From: Reclinomonas americana ATCC 50394
Taxonomy: Eukaryota
Reading direction: 5' to 3'
DNA length: 34,730 nt
Assembly (NCBI GenBank): GCA_048213135.1
Contig: PS015105.1
Location: forward strand, 152,695 to 187,424
The position numbers were made by a program, and so were the translations under genes. The first letter of the stretch is position 1. Each line of letters begins with the position of its first letter. Below are positions 1-11,665 of this stretch, piece after piece. The notes beneath the pieces are model-generated. The model was not told the DNA's origin and made no database searches. It worked only from the letters and a program-made list of their open reading frames with translations.

Positions 1-10
1 CACGCAACAG

Positions 11-976
11 TCGAGGGAAGTGCGCGACGATTTCGCCGGCTACGATGCCGCGCCCTACTCAATGCCCACGGAAATGTTTCGCATCATCACACTCACAGTC
101 AACGCGCATACATCCGAGATGCTCATTCCCTCATTCTCCCTCCCGCTCACAGGTACCAAGAGGAGGCCTCGGGCAGTGGCTCCTCGAGCATGGCCAACAA
201 GCCGTCCATCCTGCTGATGGGCTTGCGCCGCTCCGGCAAGTCGTCGATCCAGAAGGTGGTCTTCCACAAGATGAGCCCGCACGAGACGCTCTTCTTGGAG
301 AGCACCAACAAGATTGTCAAGAACGGTTTGGGCAGCAGTGGACCGACTCGCGACTGTGCCGCGTGACTCACACTGTCGGGTGTGCAGACATTGCCAACAA
401 CTCGTTTGTGCAGTTCCAAGTGTGGGACATGCCGGGTCAGATTGACTTTTTTGACTCGACCTTTGACTCGGACCTGATCTTTGGCCACGGCGGCGCCATT
501 GTGTTCATCATTGACGCGCAGGATGACCTCACCGAGGCGCTCTCCAAGCTGCAGCACACAATACAAAAGGCCCACGAGGTGCGGCTGAAGCGCAACGCAC
601 GCACCACATCATTTTCCCGGCTGACCATTCGTGTCGCTTCGCAGGTCAACAAGAACATCATCTTCGACGTGTTCATCCACAAGGTCGACGGTCTGTCAGA
701 CGATCACAAGATTGGTGCGTTTGCGGCAGTGTGTGAACGAGCGAGTCTGTGCTTTGCTGGAGGTGCTGATGATGGCGATGGGAATGTGCAGCGTGCCAGC
801 GTGACATTCAGATGCAGACGGAGCAGGAGCTCGCCGAAGCACGCATTCAACCGCGTGTGGCGTTCCACCTGACCAGCATCTACGATCACAGCATCTTCGA
901 GGCCTTCTCCAAGGTCATCCAGAAGCTCATTCCGCAGCTGCCACCGCTGGAGAACCTGCTGGACATGCTCACCTCG
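11..976 (+). CDS. RRAGC: Rag C/D-type (Gtr2) small GTPase, partial (start upstream of window, 3' end in N-gap)
   Basis: Spliced translation [36 protein letters not shown]...[11 protein letters not shown]...[13 protein letters not shown]...[25 protein letters not shown] matches RagC/D motifs. GT-AG introns at 76-152, 326-387, 579-644, 715-791, with a further donor at 977. Confidence 0.95.
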
Positions 977-1025
977 GTGCGTGATGCCGATTAATCAGTA
1001 TTCGTCTCCCCCCGCTTTGCAACTC

Positions 1026-1674
1026 NNNNNNNNNNNNNNNNNNNNNNNNNNNNNNNNNNNNNNNNNNNNNNNNNNNNNNNNNNNNNNNNNNNNNNNNNNN
1101 NNNNNNNNNNNNNNNNNNNNNNNNNNNNNNNNNNNNNNNNNNNNNNNNNNNNNNNNNNNNNNNNNNNNNNNNNNNNNNNNNNNNNNNNNNNNNNNNNNNN
1201 NNNNNNNNNNNNNNNNNNNNNNNNNNNNNNNNNNNNNNNNNNNNNNNNNNNNNNNNNNNNNNNNNNNNNNNNNNNNNNNNNNNNNNNNNNNNNNNNNNNN
1301 NNNNNNNNNNNNNNNNNNNNNNNNNNNNNNNNNNNNNNNNNNNNNNNNNNNNNNNNNNNNNNNNNNNNNNNNNNNNNNNNNNNNNNNNNNNNNNNNNNNN
1401 NNNNNNNNNNNNNNNNNNNNNNNNNNNNNNNNNNNNNNNNNNNNNNNNNNNNNNNNNNNNNNNNNNNNNNNNNNNNNNNNNNNNNNNNNNNNNNNNNNNN
1501 NNNNNNNNNNNNNNNNNNNNNNNNNNNNNNNNNNNNNNNNNNNNNNNNNNNNNNNNNNNNNNNNNNNNNNNNNNNNNNNNNNNNNNNNNNNNNNNNNNNN
1601 NNNNNNNNNNNNNNNNNNNNNNNNNNNNNNNNNNNNNNNNNNNNNNNNNNNNNNNNNNNNNNNNNNNNNNNNNN
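1026..1674. other. Assembly gap (N run)
   Basis: N run. It hides the 3' ends of both the RagC gene and the convergent NCS1 gene. Confidence 0.99.
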
Positions 1675-1752
1675 GGAGACGGTGGCCGCTGCAAGTGATG
1701 GAGGAGAGATGAGCGGGGAGATCCAAGTGCGCGACAGTGCGGCTTAACTCAC

Positions 1753-4197
1753 CGACAAACCACGACAGGAAGTACAGGTACAGGAAAATGCGAATGCCCA
1801 AGTCTGCGCGCGCACACGAACATGTCAGCGACGAAGGGGGCAAGCATGGAGAGGCGCGACGCACTCTCGGTGGCCACTGTGAATCCCATGATGTCCATAA
1901 CAAGGCCTGGAATGCATGGCAGAGCGCCACTGAGCACGGAAATGATCACTCGCCAGTTCCAGAATCCAGGGACGAAGCAGGTGGGGCACCTGCACGGGGG
2001 TGGAACATGAATTTCTTTTTTCTGACAGGGACATGCGTACACAGAAAACGACGCACCAGCGAGCTTCGTTCTCCAGCAGCTCCTTTTGTCGGATCGACGT
2101 GTACAAGTACAACTCCACAGTGTTGATGGGCGGCGCCAGGAACCAATACTCGAGCAGCATCACCACCAGCATGCCACCGGTGACCATGGATGTGGCCAGC
2201 CACCAGTCGAGCAGAATGGTCGGCGGTGCCGAGAATGCCTTCCACGGCAGCAACGACATGCCAAGGACCAGGAAAATCACCAGACTGATGCGGAACGTGG
2301 TTGGCGAGCGCCGCCGATCGGTGGTCGGACCGTCGTTGTGCGACGGTGCCACGGCCGGTGGCGTAGGCTCCAGCACATCAATGACGGCACGCGGGAACAG
2401 ATCGGCAATGACGGCGGCACACGACATGACATTCATCGACCATTCGCTCGTGACGCAGAGCAGGAGGAACAAGCTGCACAGCGCAGTGAGTAAGGAGAGA
2501 GCAAAAAATAAAGAGTGGCGTGAGAACGAAACGAGGCCATCATCATTCGGAGCCACCACTGCTGCATGGCACGCATCACATCGATTGGGTTCCACGTGCT
2601 TCCGCCCACTGTCAGCTGCATGCTGGTGACGCCGATAATGCCTGAAAAACAGATTAAATATCGGGAAGATGTGAACATGCTGGACAAGAGAGCGCACTCA
2701 CCGACAAACGCAAAACCAGTGACAAAGAGCGGCAGCAGTGCGTGACCCACAATGTGCGTGCGCTGGAACTCGGCAAAGCGTGTAAAGTCGGCCGAGCTCA
2801 ACGCCACAATGGTCATGCCACCTGCGAGCGCATGAGGAGAAAGAGAGGATTGCAGCTGGCCGTGAAAAAAAGGCACACGCACCGACAGTGATACCGACTC
2901 CAGCCATGATACCAATCATGGGAGGGAAACGTTCTGCAGCAACAGAGAATGAGGCGTTGAAAGGGGGAGCCATTCGACACCAACTGCGGGGATTGCGTAC
3001 CCGGTTCAGGAACACGAAGCAAGGAGGTGGTGGTGAGAATGTCGTTGATCGAGTACTTGGTGAGTGCCCAGGCGAGTACACCGGCCGCGAAGCCGGCCAC
3101 AAACAGCGGAACCACGTAGCCAACCAGTTTCAGAGCTGCAGCAATCGATAAGAGAGTCAGTCTGCGATCCGAGAGAGAGACCAGAAAGGCAGTGCACGAA
3201 ACCGCGGTAGCCAAAGAATGCCAGCACAAACACCATGACAACAAAGGCCAGAATGCAGCCAATCTCCGCCAGTGAGGTCGGCCCGATCGTGTTCATCACC
3301 TGCGTCACGTCGCTCTTCTTGCCCGGCAGAATCGCCTCCACACACACGAGGAGCGACAGGCCGCCAAAGTACGCCGCCACTCCAAAGCACACGAGACCAA
3401 TGCTGCCGTGCAAGAGAGTTGTCATTGGTACGCCGCCACCGCAACTCGGAGAGATCACACGCAAAGACGCAACATGGCTCGGAAGACGGTAAAGATGCGT
3501 GCGCCGTAGTAGCCAAAGAAGGAGCGAGCGTAGACCACAAACGGAATGCCGGACGCGGTGCCGACCCACCCATTCATGATGATGAGCTGGGCGCCGAACG
3601 CACTGCCGAGTCCAACCGACAGCAGCGCCTGCCACCACTTCAACCCAATCGCATCACTGATCATGCTGCCACACAGCTGCACGCGCAAACGCGAGTCAGA
3701 CACTCCCATCAATCCACTCCTCTTCTTCTCCAACAGCCGCACCATAAACACTGCTGCGCTGCCGGCCAGCGACACAACATAATTGATGTAATTACACATG
3801 TTCCAGCACCGACGATCCTTGGTGGCCGGGACCGGCTCACGGTTCTCATCGGCGCCCCACTTCAGCAACTTGTCCTTGGTCTTGTCGGGCGACGCCGACC
3901 GTCCATTGCTTCGCCGACTCGACGCCGATGTGTACGACGCATCAGTGCCGCTTCCCTGTCACAAAGACGTGAGCTAATGAGGGAGGACGACCAGTGAGTG
4001 AGTGAGTGTGAGAGAGACGCACTCCAGTCGCCGCAGAGCCATCACTGCCATCCAGCAGCGGCTGTCGCTGCTCCTCAGCGGTCTGCCTGCCAGGAGGCCA
4101 CGGACTCACTGTTGTCCACACGCACATTAGCGCAAGAGCAGAGAAGGAGAAATAACGCACAAAGAGAGAGCCCGAAAGCGATGCACTCACCTGACAT
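1753..4197 (-). CDS. NCS1 family (uracil/allantoin/thiamine-type) nucleobase:cation symporter, 3' end in gap
   Basis: ATG at 4197, about 11 introns. Motifs GLKWWQALLSVGLG...NGWVGTASGIPFVVYARSFFGYYGA, ADFTRFA, WNPIDV, LLPWK, NWRVIISVLSGALPCIPG, LYFLSWFVG and many TM helices. Confidence 0.85.
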
Positions 4198-4270
4198 GTT
4201 CCTTCGGCGCTGAGATATCTCGCGAGCAGCGGCAAATATCAGCCGACTGTCCACCACTGTCCATTGTCGA
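4198..4270. promoter_or_regulatory. Putative bidirectional promoter between divergent NCS1 and HDAC genes
   Basis: Only 73 bp between inferred start codons. Contains ACTGTCCA twice. No transcript evidence. Confidence 0.5.
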
Positions 4271-6255
4271 ATGTCGAGTGTGGCTCTGGTTGCTGGCGAT
4301 GAGCACCTGCGCCGAGCCGATCTGATGACCAGTGTGCATCCCGGTCGAGTTGCGCTTCTGTCTCGTCCTTCTCTCCTACTCTTCTCGCTTGTTTTGTGGA
4401 CTCGTTGTGTGTGCAGGCGACTGCTGTGCACTCGCTGCTGCAGGCGTACGACTTGTACCGGCATGTGCGACTGTTGGACCCGGTGCTGCCGGTCACACGA
4501 CGCATGCTGGGCGAATTTCACAGTGATGACTATGTCGATCAGTTGCTGTGCAAGCGCGATGCAGATGGTATGCAACCCACATGCTGCTTGCTTGCTTGCT
4601 GGGGGAAGGAACAGGGGAAGGGGAGGAATGAGAAGGAGAGGGAGAACAGGAAGCAAAGAAGTGGGAGAGGAGAAAGGAGAAGGATGCAAGGAAAGGACGG
4701 AACGGAACGGAAATAGGAGGAAATGGAGGTAGAAGAGGGAAGCGGGGTAATGGGAGGGATGCAAACGAGAACGATATACACACTTGCTTGCGTGCAGGTC
4801 GACCCGTCGATCGCAGCGATTCGCTGTGTGGCGATGAGGAGGATCGTGAGAGGAAAGCGACGGCGGCTGGCGAGGACGTGCTGGCGTCGTTTGGGCTCAC
4901 TGGTGACACGGCGGTGTTTGCCGGACTCAATGAGTACGTGTCGACGATTGCGGGTGGCACGCTGGCGGCGGCGCGGGCGCTGATTGAGGAGCCGTCGCTC
5001 AAGGTGGCGATCCACTGGGAGGGCGGGAGGCATCACGCCAAGCGAGAAAAGGCGAACGGCTTTTGTTTTGTCAATGATGTGGTGTTGGGCGCTCTCGAGT
5101 TGCTGGCCAGCCGGCGCTTCAGTAAGAGTGCGTTTTTTTCTTGATGGTTGGTGTCCCGAGTCGCTCGCTTGTTGCTGACACGGGGCCAGTTCTCTACGTG
5201 GACATTGACATTCATCACGGCGACGGAGTGGAGGATGCATTCTATTTTTCCGACTCGGTGTTCTGCCTGTCCTTCCATCACAACTCACCGGGCTTCTTTC
5301 CTGGTTGCGTCTGTGACTGGCAGCGGCGATTGTGGAGAGAAGTCTGACGCACAGCACACGCTCACAGGCACCGGTGAATCGTGCGACGTTGGCGACGGTC
5401 GTGGTCTTGGTCACAGTTGCGCCCGCTTGCCCATGTCCATGTTACTTTCGGCCAAGATACTCATCGCCCTCTGCCCCCCACAGCGTTGAATGTGTGTCTG
5501 CCTGAGGGCATTGACGACGCAGGGTACATTGCTTGCTTCCGAAGCGCAATCAAGGTCGTCTTCAACGTGTTCCGCCCCGATGCCATGGTGGTGGTGTGGT
5601 GAGTCGATCGAAGTGTTCGTGTGCATCGCTGCAGCGCCTCACGCAATCTCTCTGCCATTCGCAGTGGGGCCGATGCACTGGCCGGCGATCCACTGGGTTG
5701 TTTCCAGCTTACGCCACAGGCGTTGTGCACGTGCGTCGAGCGGCTGCAGAAGTACCCTGCTCCCATGCTGCTTCTCGGCGGTGGCGGGTGAGTTCTCGAC
5801 ATTTCTTCCTCTTGCGCTCAACAACCATTGTTAATGCACTGAGGCATAGATATAATACTGCCAACACGGCACGGTTGTGGACCATGGTAACCGCGAAACT
5901 CGCCGGCGTCGAGATCAGCAACGACATTCCGTGCGTCCAGCCCACACGCTGTCACGATATACGTGTTCTAACATGCATTGCAGCTCGCACGACTTGATGG
6001 AACTGTACCGACCGAGCATGCTGCTGGAGGTCAAACTCGGTGCGTTCCTTCCACCCCACCCCCGCGTGTGAGCAACCGCTGCTAACAAGTGCGTCGTGCG
6101 CAGCGTACACGGCATCGGCAGAGATTCGCAAGACCGCAAGGCTGTCGACCGAAGAATCGATCGATGAGCTGCTGGATAGGTGGGAGATTGTGGAGGATGA
6201 CGCGGAGGAGGAGGCCGCGGCGGCGGAAGCAGGCAAAGACGGCAGTGACAGGTGA
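4271..6255 (+). CDS. HDAC8: Class I histone deacetylase, HDAC8-like
   Basis: 10 exons. [14 protein letters not shown] (HDAC8-type N-terminus), [54 protein letters not shown]. Catalytic His-His, Asp/His/Asp and Tyr are intact. AATAAA overlaps the TGA. Confidence 0.9.
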
Positions 6256-6294
6256 ATAAAGATTTACGCCATCCCTTCTCTACTCGGATCTCTC

Positions 6295-7529
6295 TCAAAA
6301 AGACGCCACGCCACTCCATCGCCGCACTCGCTCGTACACGAGCCAAAAGGTGAGCGACCACGGCGCCATGCGCATCCAGCACGGAATGAAACCCTGCGCT
6401 CAATGAGCAAAGAGTCACTCAATGCCCGTGTGCGTGTGCGCTACACAGACCTTCCACAGGGACCACAGGCCCTCGGAGGCGATGGTTTTTCTCAAGCAGT
6501 CCACAGAACCAGCGTACAAAAGTCCTCGGCCGTCGGGGCCGGTTGGCTGCGACGCACACGTGAGCGGAGGAGAACGCAAGAGAAGGGGAGGACGCGAAAA
6601 AACCTGGTTCATGACTCGGCTCTTGATTACATCGGCCGGGGTTCCCACTCTGCATGCACAGTCATGCATTACGCTACGAGCACGCGCGCACAGCGAGCGA
6701 CAGACATTGGAGGAGAACGCAACGAGGCGGCCACGAGACCAGCCGCAATACTCGACAGCGTGTGTGTCACCCAGTTGTCCTTGAGCGACGTATTCCGCAG
6801 AATGCGCTGCTTCACTTGATCGTAGGTCGTCAGCTCGCCGAGATTTACAAGAGCAGCTCGCTACACGTCGACAGTCAGCATCACCACCCATACACGCAGG
6901 AGCTCGGCGACCATCATCATCACCTGCACGTTGGGCACGGCGCCCTTCCACAACGCCCTCACTCCTCCCTCGCTGTAAATCACTCGATACGCCTCCCGCG
7001 AGTTCGTATAGCGTCGCGGCTTGCCCTCCAGCACCCGGCGACCATCCATCTGCATGCGCACCTTGACCAAGTCCGTGGGCGAGGCGACCATTTGCGCCGC
7101 CGCCCCACACGTCATGCCCGTCAGCATTCCCTGCCACAGAGGCACTGTTCCCGTCGACGGATCCACATGCAAGAGGTGCGTACGTGCGGCCTCGTAGAAC
7201 GAGATGCGGCAGCCAGTGTACACCAAGTGTCGCTGAATGGCGGGCGACACACCGCGCCACAACGATCGCAGTCCTTCCTCGCGAATGATGCCCACTGCAG
7301 TGCTCACCATGCCGCGTCGCATGGTCGCATGCAGTGTACCACCTACCACACAGCACTGAGCGTGACAAGCAAGAGAGAGAGATGAGGAGAGACAGTGCAT
7401 GCCTTCGCCTTGCAACTGCAATCGCGTCTTGGTCATATCCAGCGGGTACGTCACTGTCTCGGCCACAGCGGCTGAGATGGCCGACAGCACATACTTGGTC
7501 GGCAGTGGGTCGTTCTGCCCTGTCTTCAT
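6295..7529 (-). CDS. UCP4: Mitochondrial carrier, uncoupling protein 4 (SLC25A27)-like
   Basis: Three carrier signatures ([35 protein letters not shown]) plus UCP-type [18 protein letters not shown] and [17 protein letters not shown]. 5 introns, one GC-AG. Confidence 0.88.
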
Positions 7530-7572
7530 TGCACACACACACAAACAGACGCGAGCTGATTGTCTTTTTGTG

Positions 7573-9403
7573 ATGCACTCAGGCGAGCAGTACAGCTCCT
7601 TCCCCACCGCGCCTCCAGTGCCACTGGGCACACCAATAATGACACTGGAGAGCAGCTGTGTGGATGGTTGGGTGCCGCGACAGTGGTTCCCGCAGTATGT
7701 GGTCGATCAGTCGGCACTGGCAGTGCGCGTGGCGCGCGTCAACATGATCCTCTTCTCGTCGCTCTTCATTGTGGCCTTTGGTCTGCTGTTGTACTATCGG
7801 TTTCGGCAGCAGCCTACGGTCACGCATCAGGTGCGAGTGAGTTGGAGAGGGCATTGGTGATTTGATTGACCGCGCATGTTGTTGACTGCTGGCGAGTGTG
7901 AGCAGATCTTGAATCCGACTATAGACCAGTTCAATGCCATCCTCGACGAGCATCCCTTTTGCACGGTGGCGAATCCGACCATCTCTCTCGGTGCCTTTAT
8001 GGATGTCACTGGGTCGATGGACAGCATCTGCACTGCCCTCAACAACACGGCGTTACAGACGGTGTGCACTTTCTCCCTACTTCTCTTCCTCCAACCGTGA
8101 CGTTTCTCACACACTTGGGGTGCAGATGATGAATGATCCACGAAACATTGTTGCGAAACGAGCCTGCCTTGATTGCGCCTGTTGACACTCACTCATATGT
8201 GTGATGTGCAGCCGAATAATGTGGCGCGCGGTCTGCCGGCCATCTTCAACGGCATGATCATTGTGTGCGACCTGGCGACTGGCATCTTGCAGGACTTCAT
8301 CACCTCGTTTCCACTCCGCGAGTACGCGTCGACGGCGCTGTACAGCGAGCAATCGCTGCGGGTGCAGATGGCGGCACAGTTCAACGACCTGAGCAAGTCC
8401 ACGCGTCGCATTCTGCAGCAGGTGTTGCTACCGACCAATGCACTACTGGCCGTCAATATGGTAGCCACGGGCCAAGTGGTCAGCCCCGGCTCCTTCATGG
8501 ACACGAACAATCCACCACTGTACTTCGGCACGTTTGATTCGACTTGTACGTGCCTCACCAACATGTTGCGTCGGCGATGACGGTGTATGTGAGGGGAGTG
8601 TGCTGATAGCTGACTCTTGCCGTGTGCGTGCAGGAATGTGCGTTTTGTTCTGCGTCGAGTGTGTCCGTGCAGCGCATGATTAACTCACTCACTCTCCTCC
8701 CGTGCGACGAGCAGTGCGCGAAACCGATTGTGCGTTTCTTGGTTGTTGCACTGTCGCTCTGTTGCTTGACCATCATCACCACTGTGTCTGTCTGTGCGTG
8801 CAGGTTATTTACCAGACCAACGGAAGCACCCTCAATGCGACAGTGCACTGTTTCCAGATTTTGTCGCTTCTGGAACTGGATTCACAGCAGTTGTCAAACA
8901 CTGGGCTGATCTCGTCGCCATCCGCCTTCTCCAAGGTGCAAGATGCGCTCCTGGCCGGCTTTATCAAATCGCTGGAATACACGCTTGACTTTCAAAAGTA
9001 CTATGCGGTGCGTGTGACTGCATGCAGCGACGTTGTCGCGCGATCACTGACCTGTGAAATCGCTTACAACCGGACGACGCAGGCGGTGCAGCCTCTGGAG
9101 TGTCGGTACACGACTGTGGGATGGACAGTTGCGTCGCTGCAGTTTGTTGTTCATGTCGATGACTTCCTCATCGTCCGTGCGCAGATGACGGACGCCGTCA
9201 CGGTATTGCTCGGCGTCTTTGGTGGTCTCATTGGAGTGCTGCGCATTGTCGTGCCCATGCTCTCCGCACTGGTGGTGCGCTGCTGCTGCGTGCGACGCCG
9301 CCGAGAAACCTCGCTCTTCGACGCCGCCGAATCCACGCGCAAGCTGCTGCCCGACCAGCTTGCGGCTCGAGGCGGCGCAGTGGAGGCCACCATTAATCAG
9401 TAA
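7573..9403 (+). CDS. Uncharacterised membrane protein with two TM helices and a large Cys-containing luminal loop
   Basis: 9 exons splice in frame (donors 7831, 8062, 8150, 8565, 8638, 8730, 9008, 9128). TM1 [22 protein letters not shown]2 [23 protein letters not shown]. Start could be 7573 or the next ATG near 7639. Confidence 0.75.
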
Positions 9404-9526
9404 TCAATACTATACGAGTGTTTTGCGTGTTATCGCGCTGGCAGAGATTCAACGAAACGTCGTCGTTCGTCGAGTCGTCCCTCGTTGACAGGACTGCATC
9501 TTTGTGTGCCGGAAAAACCAAAACGA

Positions 9527-9721
9527 ATGTCGTCGTCGCCGCAAGGACGCGGCAAGCAGTTTGAAGAGCACTATGTGCACGCCAAGAAGGTCAGCTCGGG
9601 CAGAGCACACGCACACGCACACTCTCAGCGCGAAGAGAGAGAAAGAGCATGGCCATGTTTCTCTTGACACACACACAAGCGCACGCAGGCAAACGAAAGA
9701 GAGAAAGTATATATGTGTCTC

Positions 9722-9770
<49 letters not shown>

Positions 9771-11536
9771 TCATGTTCGATTTTCCTCATCGCATTACTC
9801 CACCAAATTCTCGCGTGCTGTCTCTCTCTCTCCCTCTCGTCCTCCTCTCGTCTGCGCGGGAGAGTTCTGCGAGACTCTCACACACACCATGATTGTTGTG
9901 CGACATCAGGTGCCACTCTCACTGGCCTCCAAGTTGTTTCTGCTGGTGGCCTCGGTGGAGCTCGGCGGTGTGCTTCTCCTCAGCATCCTACAGCTCGTCG
10001 CGCACAATCACTGTTGCGTTTGTGTCTCCGACTGGTGCAACACCTGTTCGCTCACTCGCTCGCACTGTGGTGCTATAGATGCCATGGTCTACTATGGTGT
10101 GTCCATTGCCAGCACAGCGTATGTGAGAGGATCGATCTGACGCGTTTCGTGCACAGTTGTCTTGTTGGATGTGTCGGCGGCGTTTTTGTATTACTTTGCC
10201 ATCGACTCCAGTTGTGTTTCACTCATTCATTCGTGCGTGTGTCGTTGGTGTGTTGACGACGATGGCTGATGCACGTGCGCCACAGTCATGAAGGAAAATG
10301 TGTTTGGATTAGCCGTCTTTATCACCACCTCTGTGGTGCTCTCTGTTCGGTGCGCCTGTGCCTTGGATAAGCAGTGGTTATTGTCAGTGACGGTTGTGCT
10401 CACGTGCCTCTGCGACAGCGTCTGCTACTTCTTTATCGCGGAACGGCAAGAGAACTTGGATCAGGCCATTATCGGCATTATTGTGCTGGTGTTTGTGTGC
10501 CAGGTGGTCTACTTGCCACTGACGTACTTTGCATGGAGGTCATTCGGCTGGCGCATCTTCAAGCGTTGCGTTGATTGTGTGAGTGTGAGTGTGGGGCGGC
10601 CTTGCTGGTGCTGAATGGTACAGGATGATGCATGGTGCAGGCGTCGGCAGCGACGTCAAGATGCGCCGCCGATACAAGACGTATCAGGTGTGGCTGGCCC
10701 TTGTGCGGCTCGACACACAGTTTGCACGTGCGTTTGCTCTCTCCTCCCCCCTTGTTCATATGTGACGCACGGCTAACGGTGTGCGTGATGCGGCAGTAAT
10801 CCTCACGATCATGGCCGGCTTCTTTGTCAACTATCGGTGGTTCCTGCCGGTGGTCATCTCGTGGGCCGGCATCACCGTCATTGTGACGTTCCTCGTTGTG
10901 TGCATGCTGTGATGGTGTGGACCTGTGTTGGAGTTTATGCGCTCACTCGCGCACGCCACAGATTCCGGTTGCCGTGCGTCGTGAGCGACCCTCCTTTGTG
11001 TGGGCGTTCTTCTTCTTCCAGATTGCCATGCCCGTGTACACGATCTACAAGGTGTGATGTGAGCAGTCCTATGTGCTCATCCACGCAGAGCATGACCCGT
11101 GCGCTGTGCAGCTGGTGGCCGTGTGGAACGATCCGCAGAATACGATTCATCACGTCGATCCCGACGAGCTTGCCGACATGCAAATCACCATCACGATGTC
11201 CGGTGCGTCCACAAGCTGCTCTCCGCAGTGAGGTGGCAGAGTCTCACCGTCCTCTCCTTTCTTGACACGCGCAGTGGTAATGGCACTGGTATGCCGCGCC
11301 TTCAACATGGTGTGGACGGTCTATGTGATTCGCAACTTTGGCCGTGGACTGCGGGATGTACGTGCCCCCTCATGTCTCCTGCACTGCTTTCCCACCGTCA
11401 CTCCTGCTGATTCGCATAAACACACACACAGATCTTCTTCCAGCCGGAAGAGAAGCTGCCGTTTGCCGCCACGGCGCCTCTTGCACCGAATGGGACGACA
11501 AAAGGAACGTACAGTTCGGTGAACTCGCCTGTGTAA
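9527..11536 (+). CDS. UPF0658/DUF7789-like multi-pass membrane protein
   Basis: Spliced translation contains IDSIMKENVFGL, FGWRIFKRVGSDVKMRRRYKTYQVWLALVRLD, AVRRE and NFGRGLRD, which recall the fungal UPF0658 family pattern. About 11 introns; the first exon is less certain. Confidence 0.7.
9726..9762. repeat. (CT)n microsatellite in intron
   Basis: Direct reading. Confidence 0.95.
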
Positions 11537-11665
11537 TTAGTAGTGTGGAGAGGAGAAGAAAAAATGAAAATGTTTGGAACGAGTTTTGATACGCGCGGCC
11601 CGTGTCCATTTCTCTCGCGAAACAAAAAAGAGGCAGCAATAAAGAAAACTCACGCACTCTCACAC

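Noticed and set aside
969-1930. ORFs spanning N runs (also near 17344, 25689, 27806)
   Set aside because: Artefacts of translating gaps.
10097-10156. Apparent frameshift or GC donor after YYGVSIASTA in the UPF0658-like gene
   Set aside because: A canonical GTGTGT donor at 10097 gives an in-frame 60-nt intron.
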